DNA from: an uncultured Chloroflexia bacterium
GTDB taxonomy: Bacteria > Chloroflexota > Chloroflexia > Chloroflexales > Roseiflexaceae
Length of the DNA stretch: 64,000 nucleotides
Direction of reading: 5' to 3'
Assembly: GCA_963838085.1 (NCBI GenBank)
Contig: CAWIPL010000015.1
Location: forward strand, 176,417 to 240,416
The translations under genes were made by a program, and so were the position numbers. The notes beneath the pieces were generated by a model, which had not been told where the DNA came from, did no database searches, and saw only the letters and a list, made by a program, of their open reading frames with translations. Below are positions 27,029-36,878 of this stretch, piece after piece; the first letter of the stretch is position 1; each line of letters opens with the position of its first letter.

Positions 27029-28790
27029 TTACTTTTGAAATGTTCCTACTGCCGTGATTTCGCTCCACTCGCCCCGAGCGACCATGGAGTACGAGCCAGC
27101 CGGAAGCATGGCGGTGTCAAATGTAAAGTGAATGGTGCCATTCTCGTCGGCATGGGTTTGAGGAACGGGACCAACGGTGCCATTCGGCGTGTTGTACCAC
27201 AGCGCCACTGGCTCGTTTGGCGCAAACACCCCGCTCGCGAACATGCGCATGCTGCCTTCTTCCTCAATTGTTAAGTTGTAGAACTGCTGTTGAGTGGTTG
27301 TGTCTGTGGCAACAAGAACCGGCATGTTACTCTGTCCACTGCCGCCACCGCGCCCATCTGCCCAACGATAAGTCAGTCGTTCACCGAGTTGTGTGCCTGT
27401 CATGAGACCTGGCTGTGTGATCAAACGCACCGTGGCTGTTACTGCATCACCACTGCTGCCGAGCCGTCCGATTTGGAACACGAGCGCATCTGCCTCAATG
27501 CTGCTGACCCACGCTTCCTTGCGGCTAAAATTGGCATCCAGCACGCGGAACTTAGCGGGATCGAACGGCAGCGTCACAGTCGCATTGCTGGCCGCGCCCT
27601 GGCCGCGATTGGTCGCCACGATAGTGTAGGTCACGGTATCACCGGGCCGCACCGCAATGTTGGGACTGGGCCGCTGCACCACGGTAACAAAAGCAGGTTT
27701 GCTCTGTGTATTCATGATGGGAGCCGCGCCACGCTCAAAGAGCAGCACTCCAGGCCCAAAAAGGTTGCCTGTCGCTGCGTTAATAAGCACACCCCTAAAT
27801 GCTCCCGTATGTCCGTCATAGCGCAGCACCTGGCTAAACCACAAGCTGCTCACATACAGATTGCCATCAGGGCCAAAGGCCAGACCCGAAGGGTGTGACA
27901 GGCCAGTTCGTGGGCCGCCGGGGATGGGATAGGGCGCATTGCTGGGACTTCTCGCAAATACATCAATAAAAGCGCCAGTGCGCCCATTGAAGCGCAGCAC
28001 CTGATCCGTTTCATAGCTGATGACGTACAAATTGCCATCTGGTCCGAACGTGAGATGCGTTGGAAAGCGCAAACCGCCACTGTTCGGCGCAACGAATATA
28101 CCAAGAAACTGGCCGGTGTGACCATCGAAGCGCAGCACCGTATTGTCCCGGGCGACGCTGAGGTATAAATTGCCGTCCCGCCCAAATGCAATGCCGGAAA
28201 TGTAGATCGATTTGAGTTGGGATAGCCCAATTGTCGATGCGGCAACGCCCCCATACGTACCAGTCCGACCGTTAAATCGCAACACACGGCCAAATTCGTC
28301 AACAACATATACATTGCCATCTGGCCCAAAGAGCAAATCACCTGGCCTCGAAAGACGATATGTACCTTGATTCAGGTGACGGATACGGCCCAATTTCTCC
28401 AGCAAACACATCAACGAATGTCGCTGTGCGTGGATTGAAGCGCAGTATCTGGTTGGTACTAGCGCTGCTAACGTAGAGTAAACCATTTGCCCCAAGTGCT
28501 AGTCCTGATGGCCCGTCAAGCACGTACCGATTGGGATCGTCAGGTGGCGGATAAAACAAGGCGACTGTAGATTTAAGTTGACCTGTTGTTCCGTTAAAAC
28601 GTAAAACTTGATTCGTGCCGAGATCAGCGACGTACAGATTGTTATCACTTGCACTTTGTGCTGATGGGCCGCCGGGAAACAAAATGCCTACGGCGATAAG
28701 CATGGCGGCTACTATGGTGATCCACACTTTTACGAACTGCCAGCGTTGCTCTGCACGCTTTGAGTGAGATGAAGAAGTACCATGCAGCAT
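27029..28790 (-). pseudogene. secreted NHL-repeat (beta-propeller) protein with DUF11/Ig-like C-terminal domains, frame-disrupted
   Basis: ORF 28338..28790 (signal/TM plus NHL repeats, NLYVADLGTNQVLRFNG…) and ORF 27029..28495 (…GDLLFGPDGNVYVVDEFGRVLRFNG… repeated, then TVTYTIVATNRGQGAASNATV) are in different frames. They join as …FVDVFAGEIG/RIRHLNQGT… at about 28385-28392. Confidence 0.7.
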
Positions 28791-28907
28791 ACTTACTCCT
28801 TTGTACGTGGATCTATTTGCGGGAAGAATAAGCAGAGTATAGCATGAAAATCGGTAGCTCCATGCGCAAACTGTTCGTGAAGCTTCTGCGAGGATAGCAA
28901 TGATGTG

Positions 28908-31448
28908 CTACAAGTGCCGCGTGAACGGCAGCCATGTCTTCTGCGGTGGCGTAGTCACCTGTACGTTTAGCGGCTCGCTGTACGGCCCGCAGCCGCCCTC
29001 ATTGCAGCCACGCACGCGGAACGTATAGCTGCCAACATCCTCGACTGTAGTGAAGCTTGCATCAATTGTCATGTACATTGCCTTTGCTGTACCTTTGCCG
29101 GTTGGTGCAATGATCTGCTGCTCAATGTCGTAACGGGTAGCACTTGGTGAAGCGTTCCATGCTAATGAAATTGTTGGGCTGCCAGCCATGCCAATCGAGC
29201 GTAAGGTCGGCGCGGGCGGCGGCGCTACTGCAACGATCTGCTGTGCTCCGGCGACCACCGCGAATGGCTGTGCGCCGCCCTGTGCCACCACTGCCGCATG
29301 GACGCGAATGGTATAGGTGCCAGCCTGCGGCGCGGTAAGCTCGATGCTCTCCATGACATTACAGCGATCAGCGCCTGCTGCGTTGCGACAGTTCGCTGGC
29401 AAGTCAGCGCTTGCGTTGCCGAGCACCATACCGCCGGGTGTCTGCACTTCCAGATCAAGGTCATTCACCAGCGTCTTGAACACAACAGGTGACGCGGGAT
29501 AGTCGGTCCATGCCAGTGTCACGCGCAGCGGCTGCCCGGCGCTGACATGAAGTGTATAGCTCATTGTCTGGCCGGTCTGCAAGCCAGTGTCATTGTCGGC
29601 AAACCACACCCGCTGCGGCTCACCTTGCCCCACTGTGGCGGCAATATCGGCCCGTCCCCAACCCTCGACATTGTTCGGCCATGTTGATGGAATCTCGCGT
29701 TGCCCCCCCGCGCCGTACTGTCCAGGCGTGATATTAGTCGCGCCGTTCAGCAGCAGCGCCTTGACCAACGCCGCGCTGGGCGTGACGACATCGTACTGCT
29801 GAGCCAGCCATTGTCGCGTGAGCGCCGCCAGTCCGCTCACCATTGGCGTCGCCATGGACGTACCGCTTTTGTAGGCATAATCTTGATTGTAGGGCGTGTC
29901 ATAATAGGCGTTGGGGTCGTGCGACCGCGACGAAATAATGTTGGTTCCCGGCGCAACGATCTCAGGTTTAATTCGTCCATCGTCTGCCGGGCCGCGGCTC
30001 GAAAAAGCCGCCATGCCGCTGGGATTATTGCTAATGAAATCATCAGCGAGTGGTACATGCGCGAATTGCAGGCTTTTCCAGCAGACATTTTGCGGCCCGT
30101 TCGACGCACAGGTGCTGCTCGTTGGTGGGCGATTGCTTTCGCTGGCCCCAACGCTGAGAACATTCTTAGCCGTGGCAGGCTGCTCTGTCGAGTCGCTATC
30201 TACAACACCATCGTTGTTTGAGTCGGTTCCACCATTGCCAACCGAGGCGATTAGCACATGATCTTTGTGTTGCCACAAAAACGTATCCATAACCTGATCC
30301 AGCATGGTGTAGCGCCCAAACATGTCTCCACCATACTGGCCGGTTGGGCCGCTAAAGCTTGCGTTTTGGATACGTGCGCCTGCGTCATAGGCCAGTGCCA
30401 GAAACGAGTCGTCATCTGGCAAACAGTCCAGGTGATCGCTGCCGCCCGACACGGCCTGCACGACAATGCCTGCTTTCGGCGCAACACCTGCGAATGACAT
30501 CCCCGGCGGTGATAGCGCGCCGGTGCCGAGCAATGTCCCGGCGACATGTGTGCCATGGCCGTTGGCATCGCTCCATGTCGCGCCGTTGCTATAGATGGCG
30601 CAGGATGGGCTCATTTCCTTCCGTGAGAAGCCACGCACCACGCGCCCGGCAAAATCGGCGCTCAGGTTGCCTTGCACGTCCAGCCCGGTGTCGGTCACGG
30701 CAATGATCTGTCCGCTGCCGTCCAGTCCGAGCTGCTGCCGTACGACCGGCACGCCCAGGATTTCGTTCGCTTTGTCATTGGTGATATGGAGTGCAGCAAC
30801 CGGCTCGATCCACAGCACATCATCGCGCTCTGTCATAGCCTTCAGCGCAGCCGCTGGCAACCGCACATGGAACGCGGTGCCGGTCATGCTCACAACTGTG
30901 CCACCTGCGGCTGTGACTGCGTCCGCAAGCGTGCTCGGCTGTGCGTCAGGCGTTGTCAGTACGTGCAAATCAATGGTTTGCTGAGGCGGATCGCTCATCT
31001 GCATGCTACTGTTGACGAGCGGGTCCAGGTCGCTCGAAAGCTTGTAGCGCGACTCGACCGGCCCACTCCAGCGCACCCATGACGCTGACAATTGCGCAGC
31101 AGGCTGTGTAGCGCGCACAATAAATGCGTTGTCGGGCACATAGACCAGCGGTTGAAGGCCCGCCGATGCAAGTTGGGCAGGAGTGTTGGCATCCGGCGCA
31201 TGCTGAAGCTGCACAAGTAGCAACGATGACGTAGCTTGGGTACGCGCTGTAGCGCGTATTGGGACTTGCTGGAGCGGATCAAAACGCGCGCGCCGCAGCG
31301 AGATCATGGCGGACGCGCGGGTGCTCTGAGCGGCAACAGGCCACCCGCACCATGGCAAGCATGCCAGAACAATGAACAGTAGCAACAGATGATGCTTTGG
31401 CACGGGTGTTCCTTTGTGGCACCGCGCATGGTGATAATGTCTGTACAT
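28908..31448 (-). CDS. S8 family (subtilisin-like) serine peptidase with C-terminal beta-sandwich domains
   Basis: Catalytic triad contexts VTDTGLD, HGTHVAGT and SGTSMATPMVSGLAAL. N-terminal signal-like segment. Confidence 0.9.
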   Translation of the reverse strand: MYRHYHHARCHKGTPVPKHHLLLLFIVLACLPWCGWPVAAQSTRASAMISLRRARFDPLQQVPIRATARTQATSSLLLVQLQHAPDANTPAQLASAGLQPLVYVPDNAFIVRATQPAAQLSASWVRWSGPVESRYKLSSDLDPLVNSSMQMSDPPQQTIDLHVLTTPDAQPSTLADAVTAAGGTVVSMTGTAFHVRLPAAALKAMTERDDVLWIEPVAALHITNDKANEILGVPVVRQQLGLDGSGQIIAVTDTGLDVQGNLSADFAGRVVRGFSRKEMSPSCAIYSNGATWSDANGHGTHVAGTLLGTGALSPPGMSFAGVAPKAGIVVQAVSGGSDHLDCLPDDDSFLALAYDAGARIQNASFSGPTGQYGGDMFGRYTMLDQVMDTFLWQHKDHVLIASVGNGGTDSNNDGVVDSDSTEQPATAKNVLSVGASESNRPPTSSTCASNGPQNVCWKSLQFAHVPLADDFISNNPSGMAAFSSRGPADDGRIKPEIVAPGTNIISSRSHDPNAYYDTPYNQDYAYKSGTSMATPMVSGLAALTRQWLAQQYDVVTPSAALVKALLLNGATNITPGQYGAGGQREIPSTWPNNVEGWGRADIAATVGQGEPQRVWFADNDTGLQTGQTMSYTLHVSAGQPLRVTLAWTDYPASPVVFKTLVNDLDLEVQTPGGMVLGNASADLPANCRNAAGADRCNVMESIELTAPQAGTYTIRVHAAVVAQGGAQPFAVVAGAQQIVAVAPPPAPTLRSIGMAGSPTISLAWNASPSATRYDIEQQIIAPTGKGTAKAMYMTIDASFTTVEDVGSYTFRVRGCNEGGCGPYSEPLNVQVTTPPQKTWLPFTRHL

Positions 31449-31646
31449 ATATGATAAAGATGCTGGCTGCCCATGTCAACCGAATTCAGATGAGATGTTG
31501 GTACCAGATGATCTGCGTCGAGCCGCCAAAGCTTGTACCAGCGATAGTACCTGTCAATTCTTTGTTCGGGACTAGCGGCTGATGGTCACTATGAGGTTCC
31601 AGGCGTATACTGATGAGCGCGAAATCAACCACATGTGTGATGTACT

Positions 31647-32285
31647 ATGCCGCAGTCATTTATCGAATCACTTCTGTCTACCTTGTTTCCAGAGCGCTGC
31701 GTAGGTTGCGCTCGATTGGGCGCACTATTCTGTGAAACCTGCCGGGCGGCGCTACGCCCGTACCACTTGCAGCGCCAGCTCCAGCAACCAGAGCTTAATG
31801 GCATTGACATCGGCTTTGTGTTCGAGGGGCCGCTGCGCGAAGCCATTCATCAATTCAAATATCAACGCCGTCGTCGCATGGCAAAACCGCTCGGCGCGCT
31901 GTTGGCAGCGCATGTCTCGCCCAGCTTTGCTGCCAACGCAACCATTGTGCCGGTGCCGCTCCATGCCACACGGCAGCGTGAGCGCGGCTTTAATCAGGCT
32001 GAGGTGCTGGCAAGAGAAGTGGCACGAGCGCTCATGCTGCCGCTTCTACGCGAAGGACTGGTCCGGCAGCGTGCTACCGAGCAGCAGGCGCACCTTGATG
32101 CGCGTCGGAGGCATGAGAATGTGAGCGGCGCGTTTGTATGGCAGAGCACAGCGGCGCCGCCGGAACGTGTATTGTTGCTAGACGATGTGATCACAACTGG
32201 CGCGACAATCAGTGCCTGTGCGGCGGCACTGCGTCGTGCAGGCACGCGTGAAGTGTACGCGCTCGCGTTGGCGCGCAGCCGATAA
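31647..32285 (+). CDS. ComF family protein (phosphoribosyltransferase domain)
   Basis: N-terminal Cys pairs (CVGC…CETC) and the PRT motif VLLLDDVITTGAT. Confidence 0.8.
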   Translation: MPQSFIESLLSTLFPERCVGCARLGALFCETCRAALRPYHLQRQLQQPELNGIDIGFVFEGPLREAIHQFKYQRRRRMAKPLGALLAAHVSPSFAANATIVPVPLHATRQRERGFNQAEVLAREVARALMLPLLREGLVRQRATEQQAHLDARRRHENVSGAFVWQSTAAPPERVLLLDDVITTGATISACAAALRRAGTREVYALALARSR

Positions 32286-32361
32286 AAAAGAAGAAGTAAG
32301 AAAGAAGAAGTAAGAAGTTAGTCGTTCACTCCTCTTACTTCTTCTTTCTCCTTCTTACTTC
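32285..32361. repeat. long purine/pyrimidine heptamer-repeat hairpin between convergent genes (probable bidirectional terminator)
   Basis: AAGAAGA-AGTAAGA-AAGAAGA-AGTAAGA-AG, a spacer of about 15 nt, then TCTTACTTCTTCTTTCTCCTTCTTACTTC. The arms are about 29 nt and nearly complementary. Confidence 0.7.
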
Positions 32362-32365
32362 ATGC

Positions 32366-33961
32366 TTACCAGCTCCGCTTCTGCCCCGGCCCAACTGTAC
32401 CGAAGATATGCGGCGGCAGCTTGAAGCCGTGCGCTTCCAGGCGCGAGCTAAAGCGCGGGCGCGTGCCGGTCGGGCGCAACTCCGTGATGAGTTTTCCTTC
32501 TGGCGTCTTGCCCTTGATGTCGAGGACAAAAATGTCTTGCAACACGATCACGTCGCCTTCCATGCCTTGCACTTCACTAATGTAGGCTACCTTGCGCTGG
32601 CCATCCTCCAGACGGGTCTGCTGCACAATCAGGTCAACAGCTGACGCAATCTGCTCGCGAATGACCTTGAGCGGCATGTCCATGCCCGCCATCATCGCCA
32701 TTGTTTCCATACGGGAGCAAGCGTCGCGCGGCGTGTTGGCGTGGAGCGTTGTAAGCGAGCCATCGTGGCCAGTGTTCATGGCCTGGAGCATGGCCATGGT
32801 TTCGCCGCCGCGACACTCACCGATGACAATGCGCTCCGGGCGCATACGCAACGAGTTGATCACCAGGTCGTTGATCGACACGCGCCCGGTGCCATCTACC
32901 TCGGCAGGCTTGGCCTCCAGCCGTACCACATGATCTTGTCCCAGCTTGAGTTCGGCGCTATCCTCAATCGTGACGATGCGATCATCTTCAGGAATAAAAT
33001 TCGACAGCACATTCAGCAGCGTAGTTTTACCGGAGCCTGTGCCGCCCGACACGACGATGTTGAGGCGGCTGACCACGCACGCCCGCAGAAATTCTCCCAT
33101 TTCAGACGTTACCGAGCCAAACCGAATCAAATCCTCGATCTGCAGTTTATTCTTCCCAAACTTACGAATGGTAATCGACGGCCCATCGATTGCGCATGGT
33201 GGAATAATGGCGTTCACACGCGATCCGTCAGGCAGACGCGCGTCTACCATCGGCCACTTGCGGTCTACGCGGCGACCAAGCGGGCGAATAATGCGGTCGA
33301 TGACCTTCAGCACATGGTCGTCATTGGCGAACTTCACCGGGCTCAAGGTCACTTTGCCGCCCTGCTCGATGTAGACCGCGTCTGGGCCGTTGACCATGAC
33401 TTCAGAAATACTATCGGTACGCAAGAGCGATTCAATCGGTCCAAAGCCGAGCAATTCGTCGGTGACCATTTCGTACAACTGGCGCACCTGTGCCTCACTC
33501 AGGTTGACGCCCGCCTGACGGTAGTAGTTTGTGAAGCGCTCCTGAATCAGGCGCTCCGACTCGGGCGAACGCTTTAGTTCCGTCTGGTTGCTCAGCGATC
33601 CTTGAATGCGGTCCACAATCCAAAGCGATAATTCAAGCATCCGCTTCATGGTGACGCTGCCATCGCCACTCACACTTGCGGCAACGCTGCGTTGCTCTGC
33701 AGCGGCAGTCTGCTGAACGGCTTCGGGCGGGAGCGGCGGCGCGGCAGCGGGCACGGCACTGCTCACGGGTGCTATGTGTGGCACCGGCATGGGTGGCATG
33801 GAGCTACTCTGCGGTGGCACAGAACTGCTCATGGGTGGTGCCGTACGCGGCGCTGGCGTGGCTGGTTGCGGCGCTGGCACTGCAACTGATACAGTACTTG
33901 TCGCAGATGGCGAGCTTTCGCCTGGCTGTGATGGATTACCGAGACGTTTCAAAAGCGACAT
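32366..33961 (-). CDS. CpaF/TadA-type secretion ATPase (type II/IV secretion NTPase family)
   Basis: Walker A VVSGGTGSGKTTLLN, then IVTIEDSAELKL, GHDGSLTTLHAN, and a Pro/Ser-rich N-terminal tail. Confidence 0.85.
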   Translation of the reverse strand: MSLLKRLGNPSQPGESSPSATSTVSVAVPAPQPATPAPRTAPPMSSSVPPQSSSMPPMPVPHIAPVSSAVPAAAPPLPPEAVQQTAAAEQRSVAASVSGDGSVTMKRMLELSLWIVDRIQGSLSNQTELKRSPESERLIQERFTNYYRQAGVNLSEAQVRQLYEMVTDELLGFGPIESLLRTDSISEVMVNGPDAVYIEQGGKVTLSPVKFANDDHVLKVIDRIIRPLGRRVDRKWPMVDARLPDGSRVNAIIPPCAIDGPSITIRKFGKNKLQIEDLIRFGSVTSEMGEFLRACVVSRLNIVVSGGTGSGKTTLLNVLSNFIPEDDRIVTIEDSAELKLGQDHVVRLEAKPAEVDGTGRVSINDLVINSLRMRPERIVIGECRGGETMAMLQAMNTGHDGSLTTLHANTPRDACSRMETMAMMAGMDMPLKVIREQIASAVDLIVQQTRLEDGQRKVAYISEVQGMEGDVIVLQDIFVLDIKGKTPEGKLITELRPTGTRPRFSSRLEAHGFKLPPHIFGTVGPGQKRSW

Positions 33962-34022
33962 CGAGAATGCTCCTTGGAAACAACATCATTGTTAGAGATA
34001 ATTGCGACAATAATGTTGAGAG

Positions 34023-35405
34023 TTACGAAAGTTTGACGAAATAAGCTTCACACGCGCGATTGATCAGGTCACGTGACATAGCTGGTACCACACCGCGATA
34101 CTTTGCTTCATCCAAAATTTGATCGCAAATATCACGCGGGTGGCAGGATCGCAGATCACGATTGATTTTGAGATAGTGTTCCTGGATCAGGTAGCGCAGC
34201 CCTTCGTCACTATATGGAATGTGTTTCGCTTTACATACCCGCCGGAAAATCTCGCGGTATTCGTCAGGTGTTGGGTTCGGTACCTCGATTTTGTGGCGGA
34301 TGCGCCGTAAAAATGCATCGTCTACCAGATCTTTCGGTGCAAGATTTGTCGAGAACACAATCAACACGTCAAATGGTACCTGGATCTTTTTGCCGGTTTG
34401 CAGCGCCAGGTAATCAACCTTCTGCTCCAGTGGTACGATCCAACGGTTGAGCAGGTCTTGCGGGCGACACTTCTGCCGTCCAAAGTCGTCGATCAGGAAC
34501 AATCCGCCATTGGCCTTCATCTGGTATGGCGCTTCGTACACCTTGACGATCGGATCAAAGATCAATTCAAGCTGCTCGGTAATGAGTTCACCGCCAACGA
34601 CAACTTGAGGCCGCCTGCACAACACCCAGCGCCGATCTGGAAGCTGGGGGATGCTCAGCAGACATGCCATTGAAGTTGGTATTCGGCTCCGGCTCAATGC
34701 GCATCCGGCTGCGCAAGCATTTTGTGGTTGAGCGGATCGAATACCTTGATGATCTGCCCGTCAACCTCAACAGCATACGGAATAAGCACATTGCCATCAA
34801 GAATGTTCGCGATGCCTTCCGCAATGGTCGTCTTGCCATTGCCAGGTGGCCCATACAAAAACAGCGAGCGCGCCGAGTTCGCCGGCCGGCCCGACTTTGT
34901 CAAGCATCTGCTCGCTGATGACGAGATGCGAAAATGCTTCACGGATGCGATCCGTATTGATAACCATGCCACCAATCGATTGCCGATGCACCATTGCAAT
35001 GTAATCGTCGAGCGGTACCGGCGCTGGTCCGGCATACTGCGTCCGGTCAAGAATCTCGGCGACCTTGACACGACCTTTGGTTGCAATAACATACTGGAAC
35101 GATCGTTCACTGAAGCTGCCTTCTGCGCCAGTAATATCGACATATTCTTCAAGTTTGAGGAAGTCAAGCACTTTATCGAGCACGTTCAAGAACGGCAGCT
35201 TGGTGACCTCGGACAGGCGTTGAGCGGTGATGTTGCCCGAAAAATAGATGACCTTCAGCACCAGGTCCGTCAGAAACCCAATTGAAAGACCAGTTTCCGC
35301 GATGGAGGTTGCCTCTGGAGGAAACAGGGAGGCTACCATCGTAACTGGCGACGCAGCCGACTGCGGTGGCGCAGATGGCACAAATTCACGTAGCTTGAAG
35401 CTCAT
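34023..35405 (-). pseudogene. AAA+ ATPase, disrupted by two frame changes as sequenced
   Basis: Three overlapping fragments: 34797..35438, 34694..35167 and 34023..34697. They read …ISEQMLDKVGPA / NSARSLFLYGPPGNGKTTIAEGI…VFDPLNHKMLAQPDAH / …PDRRWVLCRRPQVVVGGELT…GGLFLIDDFGRQ…VFSTN…. The switches are at about 34881-34892 and about 34640-34700. The start ATG at 35405 overlaps the upstream stop (ATGA). Confidence 0.7.
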
Positions 35406-35740
35406 TCTGTCGGCTCCTGCGCAAACTGACCTAGCCATGGCGCGTCACCAAACTCGGTGAACGCTTCGAGCGGCGCAACCATGACAATCTGCTGGTAGGC
35501 AATCAACATGAAGCTGGTGCGATAGAGCAGTTGTGTTCCTGTGGCGTCATACACTGTTGCCTCTGTAATCGGCAGGAAGCGCGACTGAGTGTTATCGAGT
35601 TCGTCTTTCAAGCGGCGGTCTGGGCGAACATGAACATCGCCAATAATAAAATAGTCGGTCGTGCGCACGACTGCAATAACAGTATCCTTGGAGACGCGCT
35701 GGGTAAATATTTTGCCTTTGTCATCAATGCGTGCATTCAT
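35402..35740 (-). CDS. hypothetical small protein (translationally coupled to the AAA+ gene)
   Basis: ATG at 35740 after an AGGAG (MNARIDDKGKIFTQRVSKDTVIAVVRTTDYFIIGDVHVRPDRRLKDELD…). The stop overlaps the next ATG. Confidence 0.5.
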   Translation of the reverse strand: MNARIDDKGKIFTQRVSKDTVIAVVRTTDYFIIGDVHVRPDRRLKDELDNTQSRFLPITEATVYDATGTQLLYRTSFMLIAYQQIVMVAPLEAFTEFGDAPWLGQFAQEPTE

Positions 35741-35922
35741 GGTTGCTCCTCTTGGGACGATGGTAAAACGAAAGCGCAAAGCAATTTAGCAATATATAAA
35801 AGGCTGGATGGTTCAAACCACCCAGCCTCAAGTATAGGCGCGTGCTTCATATTGGACAATAGTACAGCGGAGCTACATGCACCTAGCCATTTCGTGCATC
35901 ATGAACAGGCGCAGAAGCGCAC

Positions 35923-36771
35923 TTATTCTTCATTCATATCCTCATCGTCGCCCATGTCCTGCTCGATGTCATCGAGTCCCAACTCTTCTTCCTCGTGCCC
36001 AAAGGCTTCTTCCTCGATCTCCTCTGGCTCCTCACCAGAGTCGTCCTCGTCCAGCAGATCTTCGGCGAAGTCCTCGTAGGCACCGGTTGGGTAGTAGCCG
36101 CGTAGCGCGCCCTCGCTGAATTTACCGGGAAACGACACACGGTTGCGCTGGCTGGGATGCTGAAACGTTTCGCGGATCAGCACGCGAATCTGATGACCAC
36201 TCGCCTGCGCCACTGCCGCAATATATTGATTGCCGCCATTCATTAGTTCGCTCAGCCGCTGCGCCAGCTTCGGCTCCAGCCGCCCGATCACCTCGCCGTC
36301 GGTGTTCAGCACTCTGACATAGCGACCATCGAGTTGCAACTGAACCTGCTCGCCTGTCACCAGTGTGCTGGCAAGGGCGCGGTTCACATCGACCAGTGTC
36401 GTCAACGCGGTCTTGCCAGTTTCAGCAATGAACAGGCGTAGATCAACTAATTGTCGTCCGGTGCGGTCGATACGGTTTGTATCGCCACGGCGAGCGATCA
36501 GATCTTCAAGGCGCTCAACGTTGCGACGGGCAATCATATTCGTTGGCATGATACGGAGCGTGTTCTGATATGCCTCACGTGCATCGTTGAGTTGTCCCAA
36601 CTCAAAGTACGCCTTGCCAAGCCGATTGAAGGAATCAGCATCTTCGCCGAGTTCGATAAGTTGTTGATTGATCTCAACAGCTTTTTCCCACTGGCTTTTG
36701 GACGCCAGTTCAATCGCCTGGTCCTGGAGGCGACGCCGCTGGCGCATTTTTTCGTCATAATGCCTGGTCAA
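35923..36771 (-). CDS. TPR-repeat protein with extremely acidic C-terminal tail
   Basis: N-terminal TPR-like repeats (…FNRLGKAYFELGQLNDAREAYQNTLRIMP…) and a C-terminal D/E run (DEDDSGEEPEEIEEE…DDEDMNEE). Confidence 0.6.
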   Translation of the reverse strand: MTRHYDEKMRQRRRLQDQAIELASKSQWEKAVEINQQLIELGEDADSFNRLGKAYFELGQLNDAREAYQNTLRIMPTNMIARRNVERLEDLIARRGDTNRIDRTGRQLVDLRLFIAETGKTALTTLVDVNRALASTLVTGEQVQLQLDGRYVRVLNTDGEVIGRLEPKLAQRLSELMNGGNQYIAAVAQASGHQIRVLIRETFQHPSQRNRVSFPGKFSEGALRGYYPTGAYEDFAEDLLDEDDSGEEPEEIEEEAFGHEEEELGLDDIEQDMGDDEDMNEE

Positions 36772-36878
36772 GCTTCGCTCCTTCTATCTCAAAAATCATG
36801 TCACATATTGGTCCCCTCTTCTGTATGCCAGAAAAGGGGTACATAAACTATCTATACCATTAGTGAGTGCGTACGCAG

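Noticed and set aside
33700-33900. Repetitive DNA in the cpaF-like 5' region (also 14000-14100 in the NlpC/P60 gene and 21840-21960 in dnaE)
   Set aside because: These are in-frame low-complexity Pro/Ser/Ala or Asn-Gly linkers of the host proteins, with period 3n. They are not heptamer elements or independent features.
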